In this document: positions 47,985-58,581 of the stretch, piece after piece
Position numbering within the stretch: the first letter of the stretch is position 1
Layout: each line of letters begins with the position of its first letter
DNA from: an uncultured Acetobacteraceae bacterium
GTDB lineage: Bacteria > Pseudomonadota > Alphaproteobacteria > Acetobacterales > Acetobacteraceae
Assembly: GCA_964427005.1 (NCBI GenBank)
Contig: CAYRTL010000007.1
Span: 23,202 to 87,201 of the forward strand
Direction: 5' to 3'
DNA: 64,000 nucleotides
Notes under the pieces: generated by a model
What the model was told of the DNA's origin: nothing
The model's input: only the letters and a program-made list of their open reading frames with translations
Databases searched by the model: none
Translations under genes and position numbers: made by a program

Positions 47985-49016
47985 TCAGGGCTTCAGGATC
48001 ACCTTGGAGGCGGCACGCTGACGCGCCAACTCGAAGCCCTCAAGCCCGCGCTCCAGCGGCAAGCGATGCGTGATCATCGGCCGCAGCCCTTCTGACTCAC
48101 GACCCATCAGGTCCAGCACCCGATCCCACGTGGAGCGCGCACAGCTATGCGTGGCACGCAACTGATGGCGGGCACGCACGAAATCCGTCAGAGGGAGAGA
48201 AACCGGTCCAGGATGGATGCCAGCCACGACAAGCACGCCGGCCGTGCGCAAGACACCGAGACCATCTACGATGCTGGGCGGATAACCTGTCGCCTCGATC
48301 ACCACATCAGCCATGCGGCCGTTGGTCACCGATAACACCTGATCCCTCAGCGGCACGTCGGCCACATCGATGAGGTCATGGAACCCAAGCTGGCGCAGTA
48401 CATCGAACCGAGGCGCGTCGGCGCGACCCGCGACCAGCACCCGCCCCGCGCCTGCCGCGCGAGCAAACACCGCGATCGCCTGACCGATGGTGCCTGGTCC
48501 CATCACCAGCACCACATCGCCGAGGCCAACATCGCCCGTCAGCACGGCCTCGCACCCCACTCCGAGCGGCTCAGTCATCGCGCCGAGTTCGGTATCGACG
48601 GTCTCTGGCAACGGCAGACAGTTCGCCGCCGGCAGCGTCACATGACGAGCGAAGCCGCCGTCGCGGGTGAGTCCGATTGCCTGCCGGCATTGGCAGTTAC
48701 GCGTATCACTACGGGCACACGCGGGACAGGTGCCACATGCGATCATCGGCATCACCGTGACACGCGTCCCTTCAGCAAGGCTCACGCCAGGACCCTTCGC
48801 GATGACGCGGCCGGCGAACTCGTGCCCCATGGTTACCGGCAGATGAGATACCATGAAGCCATAACCGTCGGTCCATTCGTACGCATGGACATCCGAGCCG
48901 CAGATGCCAACAGACTCGATATGCAGCGTGACCTCACCGGCTGCCGGGGACTGCGGGTCTGCCGCGTCGCTGAATTCCAGACCGAAGCGCGGCTGTCGCT
49001 TCTGTAGAGCAAGCAT
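47985..49016 (-). CDS. Zinc-dependent medium-chain alcohol/polyol dehydrogenase
   Basis: ATG at 49016. GICGSDVHAY, catalytic Zn site MGHEFAG, structural Zn CGTCPACARSDTRNC, Rossmann GPGTIGQ. Confidence 0.9.
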   Translation of the reverse strand: MLALQKRQPRFGLEFSDAADPQSPAAGEVTLHIESVGICGSDVHAYEWTDGYGFMVSHLPVTMGHEFAGRVIAKGPGVSLAEGTRVTVMPMIACGTCPACARSDTRNCQCRQAIGLTRDGGFARHVTLPAANCLPLPETVDTELGAMTEPLGVGCEAVLTGDVGLGDVVLVMGPGTIGQAIAVFARAAGAGRVLVAGRADAPRFDVLRQLGFHDLIDVADVPLRDQVLSVTNGRMADVVIEATGYPPSIVDGLGVLRTAGVLVVAGIHPGPVSLPLTDFVRARHQLRATHSCARSTWDRVLDLMGRESEGLRPMITHRLPLERGLEGFELARQRAASKVILKP

Positions 49017-49196
49017 AGTGTGGCCCCCCATGTCGTGCTAGCATGGTGAGGTCAACCAGATTTTTCCGGCTAAATCCACCGTATGAACGGTCTCGCAATC
49101 ACCAGCCGCTGCGCCGTGTGACAGGCTGGGCAGGTGTCCCTTATACTAGGCTGGACGAAGTGGCCCCCCGTGGGGAACACTGAAAGCACTGGGTAA

Positions 49197-49273
49197 GTCC
49201 CCGTAGCTCAGCAGGATAGAGCACAGGATTCCTAATCCTGGGGTCGTGAGTTCGAATCTCGCCGGGGACGCCA
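49197..49273 (+). tRNA. tRNA-Arg (anticodon CCT)
   Basis: gtccccgtagctcagcaggatagagcacaggattcctaatcctggggtcgtgagttcgaatctcgccggggacgcca. Acceptor GTCCCCG/CGGGGAC, anticodon stem cagga/tcctg, loop ttCCTaa. Confidence 0.92.
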
Positions 49274-50046
49274 ATGAGTGCATCAATATAACATGGAATA
49301 AGTAACGAGCCGCCATCACGAATCACTTCGCGCCCGGGCTGCCTCGGACCTAAATTTCGGGCTGTGCGCTCTGATGAGACACCGCCAGCATGGCACCGGC
49401 AGGGACCACGGCTACCATCCCGATTAGAAGATTTTTCCATCCGCCAGTCTGCGACAGCATATTGCGCGGATGCAGACGGCAGTTTCAGCAGACCTAGCTT
49501 CGCTTTCGTAACGCGACGAAACGGAGGCACTGCTGCCATGCCTGGTCCAATGTCCAGACCGAACCGCTCGTCATGCCGCCGGAGCCTCACCCGGAGAGGC
49601 TTCTACGCGCCTACACGCGAGACGAGATCGAACTGAGCGGCGATGAGCCACCTGATCGGCGTTCTCACCCGAATGCGGTTCTTTGCTCCGACCAATGTCA
49701 TCGCGACAGCGGAGGCCGTGGTCAGGGCCATCACGGAGGCGCTGAGCAAGAGCCTCGATCCCGATCCGCTTCTGAAGTTCAGCGAGATCTGCAGGGCAGA
49801 CCTGGACAGCTTGCATCGAAACCAGGGCGTGAAGCGAGCGACTTCGGAACGATGCCGTTCTCCGCCTTCACTCAGGTGCCGTCGAGCTGGAGCGGCAGAC
49901 GATCGGATGATTGGTCAGGCGCCACACCTCGGATACATCCACGCCTTCTGGGTGCTGGGGCTGATCTCGCTGGCGGGTCGAACCTGCTATGGCACCACCT
50001 GCCCGCCTGACAGACGCAACGCCAGGGTCACGGGCGTTGATCTAGA

Positions 50047-50060
50047 TCAATGAGAGCAGC
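50047..50060. promoter_or_regulatory. FNR/FixK-type box, perfect palindrome TTGATCTAGATCAA
   Basis: Exact match to TTGAT-N4-ATCAA. Lies about 220-235 nt upstream of the phosphoketolase start, in an otherwise gene-free tract. Confidence 0.6.
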
Positions 50061-50280
50061 CGGGCTCTAGGCTCTGATTATTTGCCAGTCACCGGAAGTC
50101 ACGCGGCGATGCATTAAGAGCACGAACGGGCCGGCATCATCCGAGAGGGACCTGGGCTTCTGGGGCAAACGGACTACGCCACTAGATCACCGTGACGTGG
50201 AGGACCTGTGCGCCATCGGCCACGTGTCCCGCACATAGCGCAAGACGATAGTTTACCTAACTATGGAGGCGACCGTGACG

Positions 50281-52719
50281 ATGCTTGATCGCCAGTTGAT
50301 GACATCGCATTCAGATGAAGCTCTCAGCGCATATGGACCTGCTCGATCGACGATTACGGGTTCTCCCCTTGGCCACGACGAGCTGCGTAAGATCGACGCC
50401 TATTGGCGGGCCAGCCTGTATCTCTGCCTGGGCATGCTGTACCTCAAGGACAACCCCCTGCTCCGGTCGCCGCTCGAACTGAAGCACACGAAGCCGCGTC
50501 TGTTGGGCCACTGGGGCTCGGACCCTGGCCAATGCTTCACGTACGTCCACTTCAACCGGCTGATCAACAAATACGACCTCGACGCCATCTATGTTTCCGG
50601 ACCCGGACATGGAGCACCGGCGGTCCTGTCCCAGGCGTATCTGGAAGGCAGGTACTCTGAAGTCTATCCAGACAAGAGCGAAGACGTGCGGGGGATGCAA
50701 CGCTTCTTCAAGCAGTTCTCCTTTCCTGGTGGCATCGGTAGCCATGCCACCCCCGAAACGCCCGGCAGCATCCATGAAGGTGGCGAGTTGGGCTACAGCC
50801 TCTCGCACGCCTACGGAACGGTCTTCGATAACCCGGACCTCATTACTCTCGCGGTCGTGGGCGACGGAGAATCGGAAACCGGTCCACTGGCCACCAGTTG
50901 GCACAGCAACAAATTCCTGAATCCAATCATCGATGGCGCAGTGCTGCCGGTCCTGCATCTCAACGGCTACAAGATCAACAACCCGACCATCCTGGCTCGC
51001 ATCAGCCGAGACGAGTTGACGGCACTGTTCACCGGTTACGGATACACGCCGTATTTCGTCGAGGGCAGCGATGCGGACAGCATGCACCAGGCGATGGCGG
51101 CGACCCTGGAGCATTGCGTCCTGGAGATCCGCAAAATCCAGGAAGAGGCGCGCCGCACCGGCCGCGCCTTCCGGCCACGCTGGCCCGTGGTCATCCTGCG
51201 CAGTCCCAAAGGCTGGACAGCCCCGCGAGAGGTGGACGGACATTATCTCGAGGGGTTCTGGCGCGCGCACCAAGTCCCGCTGCCGGATATTGCCACCAAC
51301 CCTGGCCAATTGCGGCTGCTGAAAGAGTGGATGCGCAGCTACAAGCCCGAGGAGCTCTTCGACGAGGAGGGGCGCCTGCTGCCCGAGCTGAAGGCCCTGG
51401 CCCCCACGGGCAACCGGCGTATGAGCGCGAATCCGGTCGCTAACGGCGGTTTGTTGCGCCAGCCTTTGTCGATGCCGGACTTCCGCCAATTCGCCGTCGA
51501 AGTCGAGAAGTGCGGCGCGACCCTGGCGGGGAACGTGCCCGCCCTCGGCAATTTTCTGCGCGAGGTCATGCGGCTGAATATGCGGAACTTCCGCGTGTTC
51601 GGACCGGATGAGACGCAGTCCAACCGGCTGCAGGCTCTCTACGACGTCACCAAGAAAACATGGCTGGCGGAGTACTTTCCGGAGGATGCCGATGGGGGCA
51701 ACCTCGCTCCGGACGGTCGCGTCATGGAGATGCTCAGCGAGCACACCGTGGAAGGATGGCTCGAGGGGTACATCCTGAGCGGCCGGCACGGCTTCCTAAA
51801 CAGTTACGAGTCGTTCATCCACGTCATCGACTCGATGGTGAACCAGCACGCCAAGTGGCTCGACAAGTGCGATGAGCTGCCATGGCGGGCCCCGGTGTCG
51901 TCGCTCAACTTGCTGATCACCGCGCTGGTCTGGCGCCAGGACCACAACGGCTTCACGCACCAGGACCCCGGGTTTCTCGATCTTGTCGTCAACAAGAGTC
52001 CGAGCATCGTGCGCGTTTACCTGCCACCTGATGCCAACTGCCTGCTTTCGGTGGCCGATCATTGCCTGCGCAGCGTCAACTACATCAACGTCATTGTCGC
52101 GGACAAACAGGTCCATCTGCAATACCTCGACATGGACGCGGCGATCGTCCACTGCATGAAGGGCGCCACCATCTGGACCTGGGCGAGCAATGACGCTGAC
52201 GCCGAGCCAGACATCGTCATGGCGAGTTGCGGCGACGTGCCGACGATGGAGTCTCTGGCGGCCACCGCCCTGCTCCGGCAACACTTGCCCGAGCTCAAGG
52301 TCCGGTTCGTCAACGTGGTGGACCTGTTCAAGCTGGTGCCTCACACAGAGCATCCGCACGGGCTGACGGACCACGAGTTCGCAGCCCTTTTCACCCCGCA
52401 CAAGCCTGTGGTCTTCAACTTCCACGCCTATCCGTGGCTGATCCACCGCCTCACTTATCGCCGTCGCGGCCAGCACAACATTCACGTGCGCGGCTATAAG
52501 GAGCAGGGCAACATCAACACACCGCTGGAACTGGCCATTCGCAACCAGACTGACCGTTTCAGCCTCGCCATCGACGCGATCGATCGGGTCCCCCACCTGG
52601 GCGCCAGAGGGGCCGGTGTTCGCGAGGCTCTGCTGAACCAGCAGAGAACTTGCCTGAACCATGCCCACGAATTTGGCGTGGACCCGTTGAACATCACCAA
52701 CTGGGAGTGGCCGTTCTAA
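50281..52719 (+). CDS. xfp: Xylulose-5-phosphate/fructose-6-phosphate phosphoketolase
   Basis: About 812 aa. [33 protein letters not shown] and EGGELGY are phosphoketolase signature stretches. ATG at 50281 has a ggagg RBS. An alternative ATG lies at 50263. Confidence 0.96.
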   Translation: MLDRQLMTSHSDEALSAYGPARSTITGSPLGHDELRKIDAYWRASLYLCLGMLYLKDNPLLRSPLELKHTKPRLLGHWGSDPGQCFTYVHFNRLINKYDLDAIYVSGPGHGAPAVLSQAYLEGRYSEVYPDKSEDVRGMQRFFKQFSFPGGIGSHATPETPGSIHEGGELGYSLSHAYGTVFDNPDLITLAVVGDGESETGPLATSWHSNKFLNPIIDGAVLPVLHLNGYKINNPTILARISRDELTALFTGYGYTPYFVEGSDADSMHQAMAATLEHCVLEIRKIQEEARRTGRAFRPRWPVVILRSPKGWTAPREVDGHYLEGFWRAHQVPLPDIATNPGQLRLLKEWMRSYKPEELFDEEGRLLPELKALAPTGNRRMSANPVANGGLLRQPLSMPDFRQFAVEVEKCGATLAGNVPALGNFLREVMRLNMRNFRVFGPDETQSNRLQALYDVTKKTWLAEYFPEDADGGNLAPDGRVMEMLSEHTVEGWLEGYILSGRHGFLNSYESFIHVIDSMVNQHAKWLDKCDELPWRAPVSSLNLLITALVWRQDHNGFTHQDPGFLDLVVNKSPSIVRVYLPPDANCLLSVADHCLRSVNYINVIVADKQVHLQYLDMDAAIVHCMKGATIWTWASNDADAEPDIVMASCGDVPTMESLAATALLRQHLPELKVRFVNVVDLFKLVPHTEHPHGLTDHEFAALFTPHKPVVFNFHAYPWLIHRLTYRRRGQHNIHVRGYKEQGNINTPLELAIRNQTDRFSLAIDAIDRVPHLGARGAGVREALLNQQRTCLNHAHEFGVDPLNITNWEWPF

Positions 52720-52731
52720 GGAGATCTTTTG

Positions 52732-53790
52732 ATGACCGATGATCTCGAGAGCGTTGCACTGAAGCTGGTTGGCGACGGGAAGGGAATTCTCGCAGCGGAC
52801 GAGACCGTTCACACCTTGACCAGCCGGTTCGATACCCTCGGCATCCCGTCGACCGAGAAGACCCGGTGCGCCTACCGTGAAATGCTCTTTACCGCGGGCG
52901 TGGCCGAGTTCATCAGCGGTGTCATCCTGCAGGACGAAACCATCCGCCAGAACAGCTCTGACGGCACACCGCTCATCCAGCTTCTTTCGCAGCAAGGTAT
53001 CCTGCCGGGCATCAAAGTCGATTTAGGTGCGAAGCCGCTCGCCGGCGCCTCAGGCGAAACAGTTACCGAAGGCCTCGACGGCCTCCGGGATCGCCTGTCG
53101 GGGTACCGCGATATGGGCGCCCTCTTCGCGAAGTGGCGCGCGGTCATCCATGTCAGCGACACTCTGCCGAGCCAGACTTGCATCAGCGCGAATGCGCACG
53201 CGCTGGCGCGGTATGCAGCGCTCTGTCAAGAACAGCATCTCGTTCCTATTGTCGAGCCGGAAGTGCTGATGGACGGGTCGCATTCGATTGAACGCTGCGA
53301 GGAGGTCACCGGAAGAGTCCTTCATGGCGTGTTTTCTGCGCTCGATGCACAGAGGGTCTGGCTGGAGCACATGTTGCTGAAACCCAACATGGTCATTGCC
53401 GGCAAAGAGTGGCCTCATCCGGCTTCGGTTCAGGAGGTTGCTGTCGCCACATCGCGCTGCTTGCGTCGCCACGTTCCGGCGGCAGTGCCGGGTATTGTGT
53501 TCTTGTCAGGCGGCCAGGACGATCGCGCAGCCACGGTCCATTTGGATGCAATTAACCGGCTGCCCGGGAACAAGCCGTGGAAGATCAGTTTTTCCTATGG
53601 GCGTGCACTCCAGGACCACGCGCTGGAGACGTGGCATGGGCGAGACGAGAACTTAGCCGCGGCCCGGCAAGCGCTGCATCAACGCGCCCGTTGTAACAGC
53701 GCAGCCAGTCTCGGCAGGTACACAGATGAGATGGAAGCGTCGGTTAGCATTCCCAGTTCGCCGCATCGCCGTGAATGGCGCGATGACTGA
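52732..53790 (+). CDS. fba: Class I (Schiff-base, eukaryote-type) fructose-bisphosphate aldolase
   Basis: 352 aa, RBS aaggag. KGILAADETVHTLTSRF, IVEPEVLMDG, MLLKPNMV (Schiff-base Lys) and FLSGGQ. Confidence 0.92.
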   Translation: MTDDLESVALKLVGDGKGILAADETVHTLTSRFDTLGIPSTEKTRCAYREMLFTAGVAEFISGVILQDETIRQNSSDGTPLIQLLSQQGILPGIKVDLGAKPLAGASGETVTEGLDGLRDRLSGYRDMGALFAKWRAVIHVSDTLPSQTCISANAHALARYAALCQEQHLVPIVEPEVLMDGSHSIERCEEVTGRVLHGVFSALDAQRVWLEHMLLKPNMVIAGKEWPHPASVQEVAVATSRCLRRHVPAAVPGIVFLSGGQDDRAATVHLDAINRLPGNKPWKISFSYGRALQDHALETWHGRDENLAAARQALHQRARCNSAASLGRYTDEMEASVSIPSSPHRREWRDD

Positions 53791-53818
53791 TCGAGGCGCC
53801 ATCCGAGGGTGTCAAGGT

Positions 53819-53832
53819 TTGACTTAGATCAA
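53819..53832. promoter_or_regulatory. FNR/FixK-type box TTGACTTAGATCAA
   Basis: TTGAC-N4-ATCAA, 28 nt after the fba stop and 54 nt before the amylase ATG (53886). Confidence 0.6.
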
Positions 53833-53885
53833 TGCCAAGCTGCTGGGTAAGCCAGTACTTCGTCCAATTCAGGGGGAACAGCGCG

Positions 53886-55427
53886 ATGGCGATCAGATCA
53901 CTGTGGTGGCGCAGTAGATTGTCAGTGCTCCGGGCGATACGGCTTACGGTCGCCGCTGTTTCCTGTATCACTTTTACTCCATCGCTTCTCGCTTACGCCC
54001 AGGCTGGATTCGACGACGATCGGGTCATGCTCCAGGGCTTTTATTGGGAATCCAGCCGCCACGGATATCCGAAGTTCCTTCAGTTCGGTACTGAACACTG
54101 GTACGCGATCGTAGCGAGAGAAGCTCCCGCCATCCAAGCGGCTGGATTCGATCTTGTGTGGCTGCCTCCGCCCTCTTTCGCTGGTGGCTACAGCGCCGGC
54201 TACGACCCGAAGGAATACTTCGTGCTCGACAACAGCTACGGCAGCCAGCAGGAGCAGCGGGCTGCGCTCGAGTCCCTGCTGGCCGACGGCATCGAGCCGG
54301 TCGCCGATATTGTCATAAATCACCGAAACGGCAGCGAGAAATGGGCTGATTTCAAAAACCCGGCCTGGGGAACCTGGGCAATCACCCGCGATGACGAAGC
54401 ATTCACCAATCCAGCTTCAGAAGTATACAACACGCCCGTCGAGCTTCGTGGCGCACCAGAGGAGAGCCCCCAGTATCGCCCGTCGGGTGACTTTGCGTAC
54501 GCCTCATTCCGTGACATCGATCACACCAATACGCAAGTTCGACGCGACATCATTCGTTATCTTCTTCAGTTGAAGAGCCTCGGATATCGAGGTTGGCGAT
54601 ACGACATGGTACACGGCTACAACGCGAAGTGGATCGCCGTTTACAACAGAGCCACCGCACCGACATTCTCCGTGGGCGAATACGACTGGGATAAGCAGGC
54701 TGAGCAGCGAGGATGGGTATGGTCCACTGCCACAGGCCCGGGTGATCTCACGACTTCCAGCGACGTGTTCGATTTTTCGAGCTTTTTCACGTTGAAAGAC
54801 AACAAGGGACGTTATGCGGCTTGGTATGGCTTCGGCCAGGGCGTCGGTCTCGTCGGGGACAATACCGATGGCCATCCCTGGAAAAATCGGGCCGTCACCT
54901 TCATCGAGAACCATGATACCGGGTACCGTACGAATGAAGACGGCTCACCCGAGAATGGCCATAGCCAGGACAACTTCGCCAACGGATGGGAAGTAGAACA
55001 AGCTTACGCACAGATCCTGACTCACCCCGGAGTTCCGACCGTATTTTGGAAGCACTATTTCGACTGGGGGCCGGATCTTCAGAATAAGATTCACGCCCTC
55101 ATCAATGCGCGGAAGGTGGCAGGCGTCAACGCGGGCAGTACGCTCTATCTCCAGGACAATGCGCGGCAAAGCGGCGTCTATGCGGCCAGGGTTGTAGGTC
55201 GAAATGGCGACCTCTACGTCCGTATCGGGGGCGATGATGCGACGTGGCAACCCTCGAACTCCGGCTACGCGAACTATCGGGAGTATGCGGAGGGAGCTGG
55301 ATGGAAAGTCTGGGTCACTCTCCCGGGCAATCCTGATGTCCAGCATAAGCAGGCCCATGCGCCCTTCCCTGTTCCGACATACCGGCCGGCAGAGACAATC
55401 ACTGTTCCGGATAATTTGCTGAACTAG
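53886..55427 (+). CDS. GH13 alpha-amylase with N-terminal signal peptide
   Basis: ATG at 53886 (RBS ggggga). Signal-like MAIRSLWWRSRLSVLRAIRLTVAAVSCITFTPSLLAYA/QAG. GH13 regions DIVINH, GWRYDMVHGY, FSVGEYDW, FIENHDT. The VMLQGFYWES N-terminus resembles plant/archaeal-type amylases. Confidence 0.9.
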   Translation: MAIRSLWWRSRLSVLRAIRLTVAAVSCITFTPSLLAYAQAGFDDDRVMLQGFYWESSRHGYPKFLQFGTEHWYAIVAREAPAIQAAGFDLVWLPPPSFAGGYSAGYDPKEYFVLDNSYGSQQEQRAALESLLADGIEPVADIVINHRNGSEKWADFKNPAWGTWAITRDDEAFTNPASEVYNTPVELRGAPEESPQYRPSGDFAYASFRDIDHTNTQVRRDIIRYLLQLKSLGYRGWRYDMVHGYNAKWIAVYNRATAPTFSVGEYDWDKQAEQRGWVWSTATGPGDLTTSSDVFDFSSFFTLKDNKGRYAAWYGFGQGVGLVGDNTDGHPWKNRAVTFIENHDTGYRTNEDGSPENGHSQDNFANGWEVEQAYAQILTHPGVPTVFWKHYFDWGPDLQNKIHALINARKVAGVNAGSTLYLQDNARQSGVYAARVVGRNGDLYVRIGGDDATWQPSNSGYANYREYAEGAGWKVWVTLPGNPDVQHKQAHAPFPVPTYRPAETITVPDNLLN

Positions 55428-55500
55428 GCTCTGAGGCCTTTGGCAGTGAACGCAGCAGTCACGGTCGAAGGCCCACCAAGTCTGAGATCGGAGTAGCAAC

Positions 55501-56085
55501 GTGAACGTGTTCTTGATGCGACACGGCGAGACGGCGTGGAGCCTGAGTGGCAGGCACACCAGCACGACGGATCTTCCTTTGACCGATAACGGACGCCGGG
55601 TTGCGGAGAGGCTGCAGCCCGTGCTCGCGAGAGAAACGTTCGCCCGTGTCTTCGTCAGCCCAATGCGGCGCGCGCGAGAGACCTGCGAATTGGCGGGTCT
55701 CGGCAATGCAGCCGTCATCGACCCGGAACTGGCGGAATGGAACTACGGCGAATACGAGGGGCTGACGCCCAAACAGATCCACGAGAAGGTGCCCGGCTGG
55801 CTGATTTTCCGCGACGGTTGCCCGGGCGGCGAAATGCCAGAGCAAGTGAGTGCCAGAGTGGATCGAGTGATCGCCCGGGTCCGCGCTGTTGACGGCGATG
55901 TCGCTGTGTTTGCACACGGACACGTGCTCCGCGTCTTCGTCGCACGGTGGATCGGGCTTCCGGTAGGCGCCGCAGAGCATTTCTTGCTCGATACGGCCAC
56001 ATTGTCCGTTCTGTCCTACTACTACGAACTTCCCGCTGTCAGGGTCTGGAACGGATCCCTGCCGACACAGGATAAGCCGCGATGA
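55501..56085 (+). CDS. Histidine-phosphatase superfamily (phosphoglycerate-mutase-like) protein
   Basis: 194 aa, GTG start. The catalytic RHG motif is in FLMRHGET, with a second His in FAHGHVLRV. Its stop overlaps the glgP start (ATGA). Confidence 0.85.
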   Translation: MNVFLMRHGETAWSLSGRHTSTTDLPLTDNGRRVAERLQPVLARETFARVFVSPMRRARETCELAGLGNAAVIDPELAEWNYGEYEGLTPKQIHEKVPGWLIFRDGCPGGEMPEQVSARVDRVIARVRAVDGDVAVFAHGHVLRVFVARWIGLPVGAAEHFLLDTATLSVLSYYYELPAVRVWNGSLPTQDKPR

Positions 56086-58568
56086 ATGAAGCAAAGCAAC
56101 TCGTCTGTGATCAGGAGCTTCTTACGCGGTACGGCTGTGGCCCGATCCGGTTCTCCGGGCGCGACGACGCCTTGTACGAGCGGCACCTGCTGTTCGACGA
56201 TGTCGTCGCTCCGGAAGAGGCCGGGTCGCGCGAGCGCTTCGAGGCAGCCGCGCGTTCGGTGCGAGATGTGCTGTCGCAACGCTGGATACTGACGGACAGA
56301 ACCTATGACCGGGAGGATCCGAAGCGAATCTACTATCTGTCGATGGAGTTTCTGATCGGGCGGTCGCTCTCCAACAATATCACCAATCTTCTGCTCGATC
56401 CCTTCGCGAAGGAACTCGCCGCCCGGAGCAAGCTCGACCCGCTCGCCATCATCGAACAAGAACCCGATGCCGGGTTGGGCAACGGCGGGCTCGGTCGTTT
56501 GGCGGCCTGCTTTCTCGACTCTATGGCGACGATGCAGCTCCCGGCCATCGGCTACGGGTTGCGTTACGAGTACGGGATGTTCAAACAGTCCATCCAGAAC
56601 GGCTGGCAGCATGAAGAGCCAGACAACTGGCTGCGCCGCCAGGACCCATGGGAAGTGCCGCGTCCGGACGAGGCGGTGGAAGTCAGGCTTAACTGTTCGT
56701 TCGCGCTGCAAGACGGGCACCTGCACCCTGTGGCGGGCCGACCATCTTCGCTGATCGGCATACCGTTCGATCGACCGGTGGTCGGCTATGGCGGCAAGAC
56801 CATCAATACATTGCGCCTGTGGGGCGCCGCTGCGCCAGACTATTTCAATTTCCAGGAATTCAGCACTGGCGATTTTGTCGGCGCCCTGGCTGGGACTCTC
56901 GCAGCTGAATCGCTGACCCGAGTGCTGTACCCAGACGACTCCACAAACATGGGGCAAGGTCTGCGCTTCGGGCAGGAATATTTCCTCGTCGCCTGCTCAT
57001 TGGCCGACCTCGTCCGGCGCTTCCGTCGCAGCAATGCCGATTGGAGCACGTTCCCTGACAAGGTCGCGATTCAACTCAACGATACGCATCCGACGATGGC
57101 AGTGCCGGAGTTGATGCGGATCCTGCTCGACGAGGCGCAGGTCGGCTGGGACCAGGCCTGGGATATGACGCAGAGGACGTTGGCGTACACCAATCACACC
57201 CTGCTGCCCGAAGCGCTCGAGAAATGGCCGCTCGCGTGGTTCGAGATGATGCTGCCGCGCCATCTGGAAATCATCCTCGAGATCAATCGGCGTTTCCTCG
57301 GCGCCGTCCGGAAGCGCTATCCCGGCGACGAGGAGCGGGTGCGGCGCATGAGCCTGGTCGAGGAAGGCGCCGAGCGGAAGATTCGCATGGCCAACCTCGC
57401 CATCGTCGGCTCGCACAGCACCAATGGAGTCGCCGCGATCCACACCGACCTGCTGCGGAAAACTACGGTCAAAGACCTGGCTGAGATGTTTCCGGAGCGT
57501 TTCAACAACAAGACCAACGGCGTCACGCCGCGAAGATGGCTATTGCTGGCGAACCCTGCGCTCGCCGGCACAATCACCGCGGCGATCGGAGACGGCTGGC
57601 TGACCGATCTCAGCCGATTGCGCCAACTGACGCCTCTCGCCGAAGACAAATCCTTTCGTCAGGCGTTCCGCAACGCCACGCAGGAGGCCAAAACGCGCTT
57701 TGCCGATTGGCTCAAGACAACGACTGGACAGATCGTTGACCCCGCCAGCATTTTCGACTGTCAGATCAAGCGCATCCATGAATACAAGCGGCAACTGCTC
57801 AACGCGTTGCGCATAATCGTGCTGTATAACCGGCTGCGTGAGAACCCGGGCCTTGCGACGACGCCGCGCACGTTCTTCTTCGCTGGTAAGGCAGCGCCGG
57901 CCTATCGGCTGGCCAAGCTGATCATCAAATTCATCAATAACCTCGCCGGCACGATCGATGGCGATTCGATCGCGCGAGACCGTCTCAAGGTCGTGTTCCT
58001 CCCGGATTACTGCGTCTCGTTGGCCGAGAGGCTGATTCCGGGCGCCGAGGTCTCCAACCAGATCTCGACCGCCGGTTACGAGGCGAGCGGCACGAGCAAC
58101 ATGAAGTTCATGATGAATGGAGCGCTGACGATTGGCACACGCGACGGCGCGACGATTGAGATGGCGGAAGAGGCCGGCGAGGAGAACTTCTTCCTGTTCG
58201 GCTTGAGTGCCGATGAGGTGGCCGGCAGCCGCAGTTGGTACAATCCGCACTGGCATTACGACAACGAGCCGGAAACCCGCGCCGCGCTGGACCTGATCTT
58301 CTCCGATCATTTCAGCCGCTACGAGCCCGGCATTTTCGCTCCGCTGCGCGACACGCTGCTGACGCAGGGAGACCACTACATGCATCTGGCCGACCTCAAA
58401 TCCTATCTCGAGGCGGACCAGAAGCTGACCGCGTTGTACGCCGACCGCGACGCCTGGGCGCGCAAGGCGATCCTGAACGTGGCATGCAGCGGGAAGTTCT
58501 CCAGCGACCGCACGATCGCCCAATACGCCGCCGAGATCTGGCGAGCGAAGCCGTGTCCGGTGTCGTGA
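56082..58568 (+). CDS. glgP: Glycogen/maltodextrin phosphorylase
   Basis: 828 aa. [33 protein letters not shown] and the PLP lysine region [16 protein letters not shown]. Confidence 0.96.
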   Translation: MNEAKQLVCDQELLTRYGCGPIRFSGRDDALYERHLLFDDVVAPEEAGSRERFEAAARSVRDVLSQRWILTDRTYDREDPKRIYYLSMEFLIGRSLSNNITNLLLDPFAKELAARSKLDPLAIIEQEPDAGLGNGGLGRLAACFLDSMATMQLPAIGYGLRYEYGMFKQSIQNGWQHEEPDNWLRRQDPWEVPRPDEAVEVRLNCSFALQDGHLHPVAGRPSSLIGIPFDRPVVGYGGKTINTLRLWGAAAPDYFNFQEFSTGDFVGALAGTLAAESLTRVLYPDDSTNMGQGLRFGQEYFLVACSLADLVRRFRRSNADWSTFPDKVAIQLNDTHPTMAVPELMRILLDEAQVGWDQAWDMTQRTLAYTNHTLLPEALEKWPLAWFEMMLPRHLEIILEINRRFLGAVRKRYPGDEERVRRMSLVEEGAERKIRMANLAIVGSHSTNGVAAIHTDLLRKTTVKDLAEMFPERFNNKTNGVTPRRWLLLANPALAGTITAAIGDGWLTDLSRLRQLTPLAEDKSFRQAFRNATQEAKTRFADWLKTTTGQIVDPASIFDCQIKRIHEYKRQLLNALRIIVLYNRLRENPGLATTPRTFFFAGKAAPAYRLAKLIIKFINNLAGTIDGDSIARDRLKVVFLPDYCVSLAERLIPGAEVSNQISTAGYEASGTSNMKFMMNGALTIGTRDGATIEMAEEAGEENFFLFGLSADEVAGSRSWYNPHWHYDNEPETRAALDLIFSDHFSRYEPGIFAPLRDTLLTQGDHYMHLADLKSYLEADQKLTALYADRDAWARKAILNVACSGKFSSDRTIAQYAAEIWRAKPCPVS

Positions 58569-58581
58569 AAAGGATCAGTGC

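Noticed and set aside
49643-50053. 136-aa plus-strand ORF after tRNA-Arg
   Set aside because: Only the first 55 or so residues look protein-like. The rest is R/C/P-rich and it terminates inside the FNR-type palindrome. It is not reported as a CDS and is kept as an open question in the findings.
50311-52995. 492-aa and 399-aa minus-strand ORFs (50311..51789 and 51796..52995)
   Set aside because: Both lie antisense to xfp and fba, which have unmistakable family motifs. The translations are R/H/V/L-rich mirror-frame products.
56022-58523. 311-aa and 327-aa minus-strand ORFs (56022..56957 and 57540..58523)
   Set aside because: They lie antisense to glgP and have no motifs.
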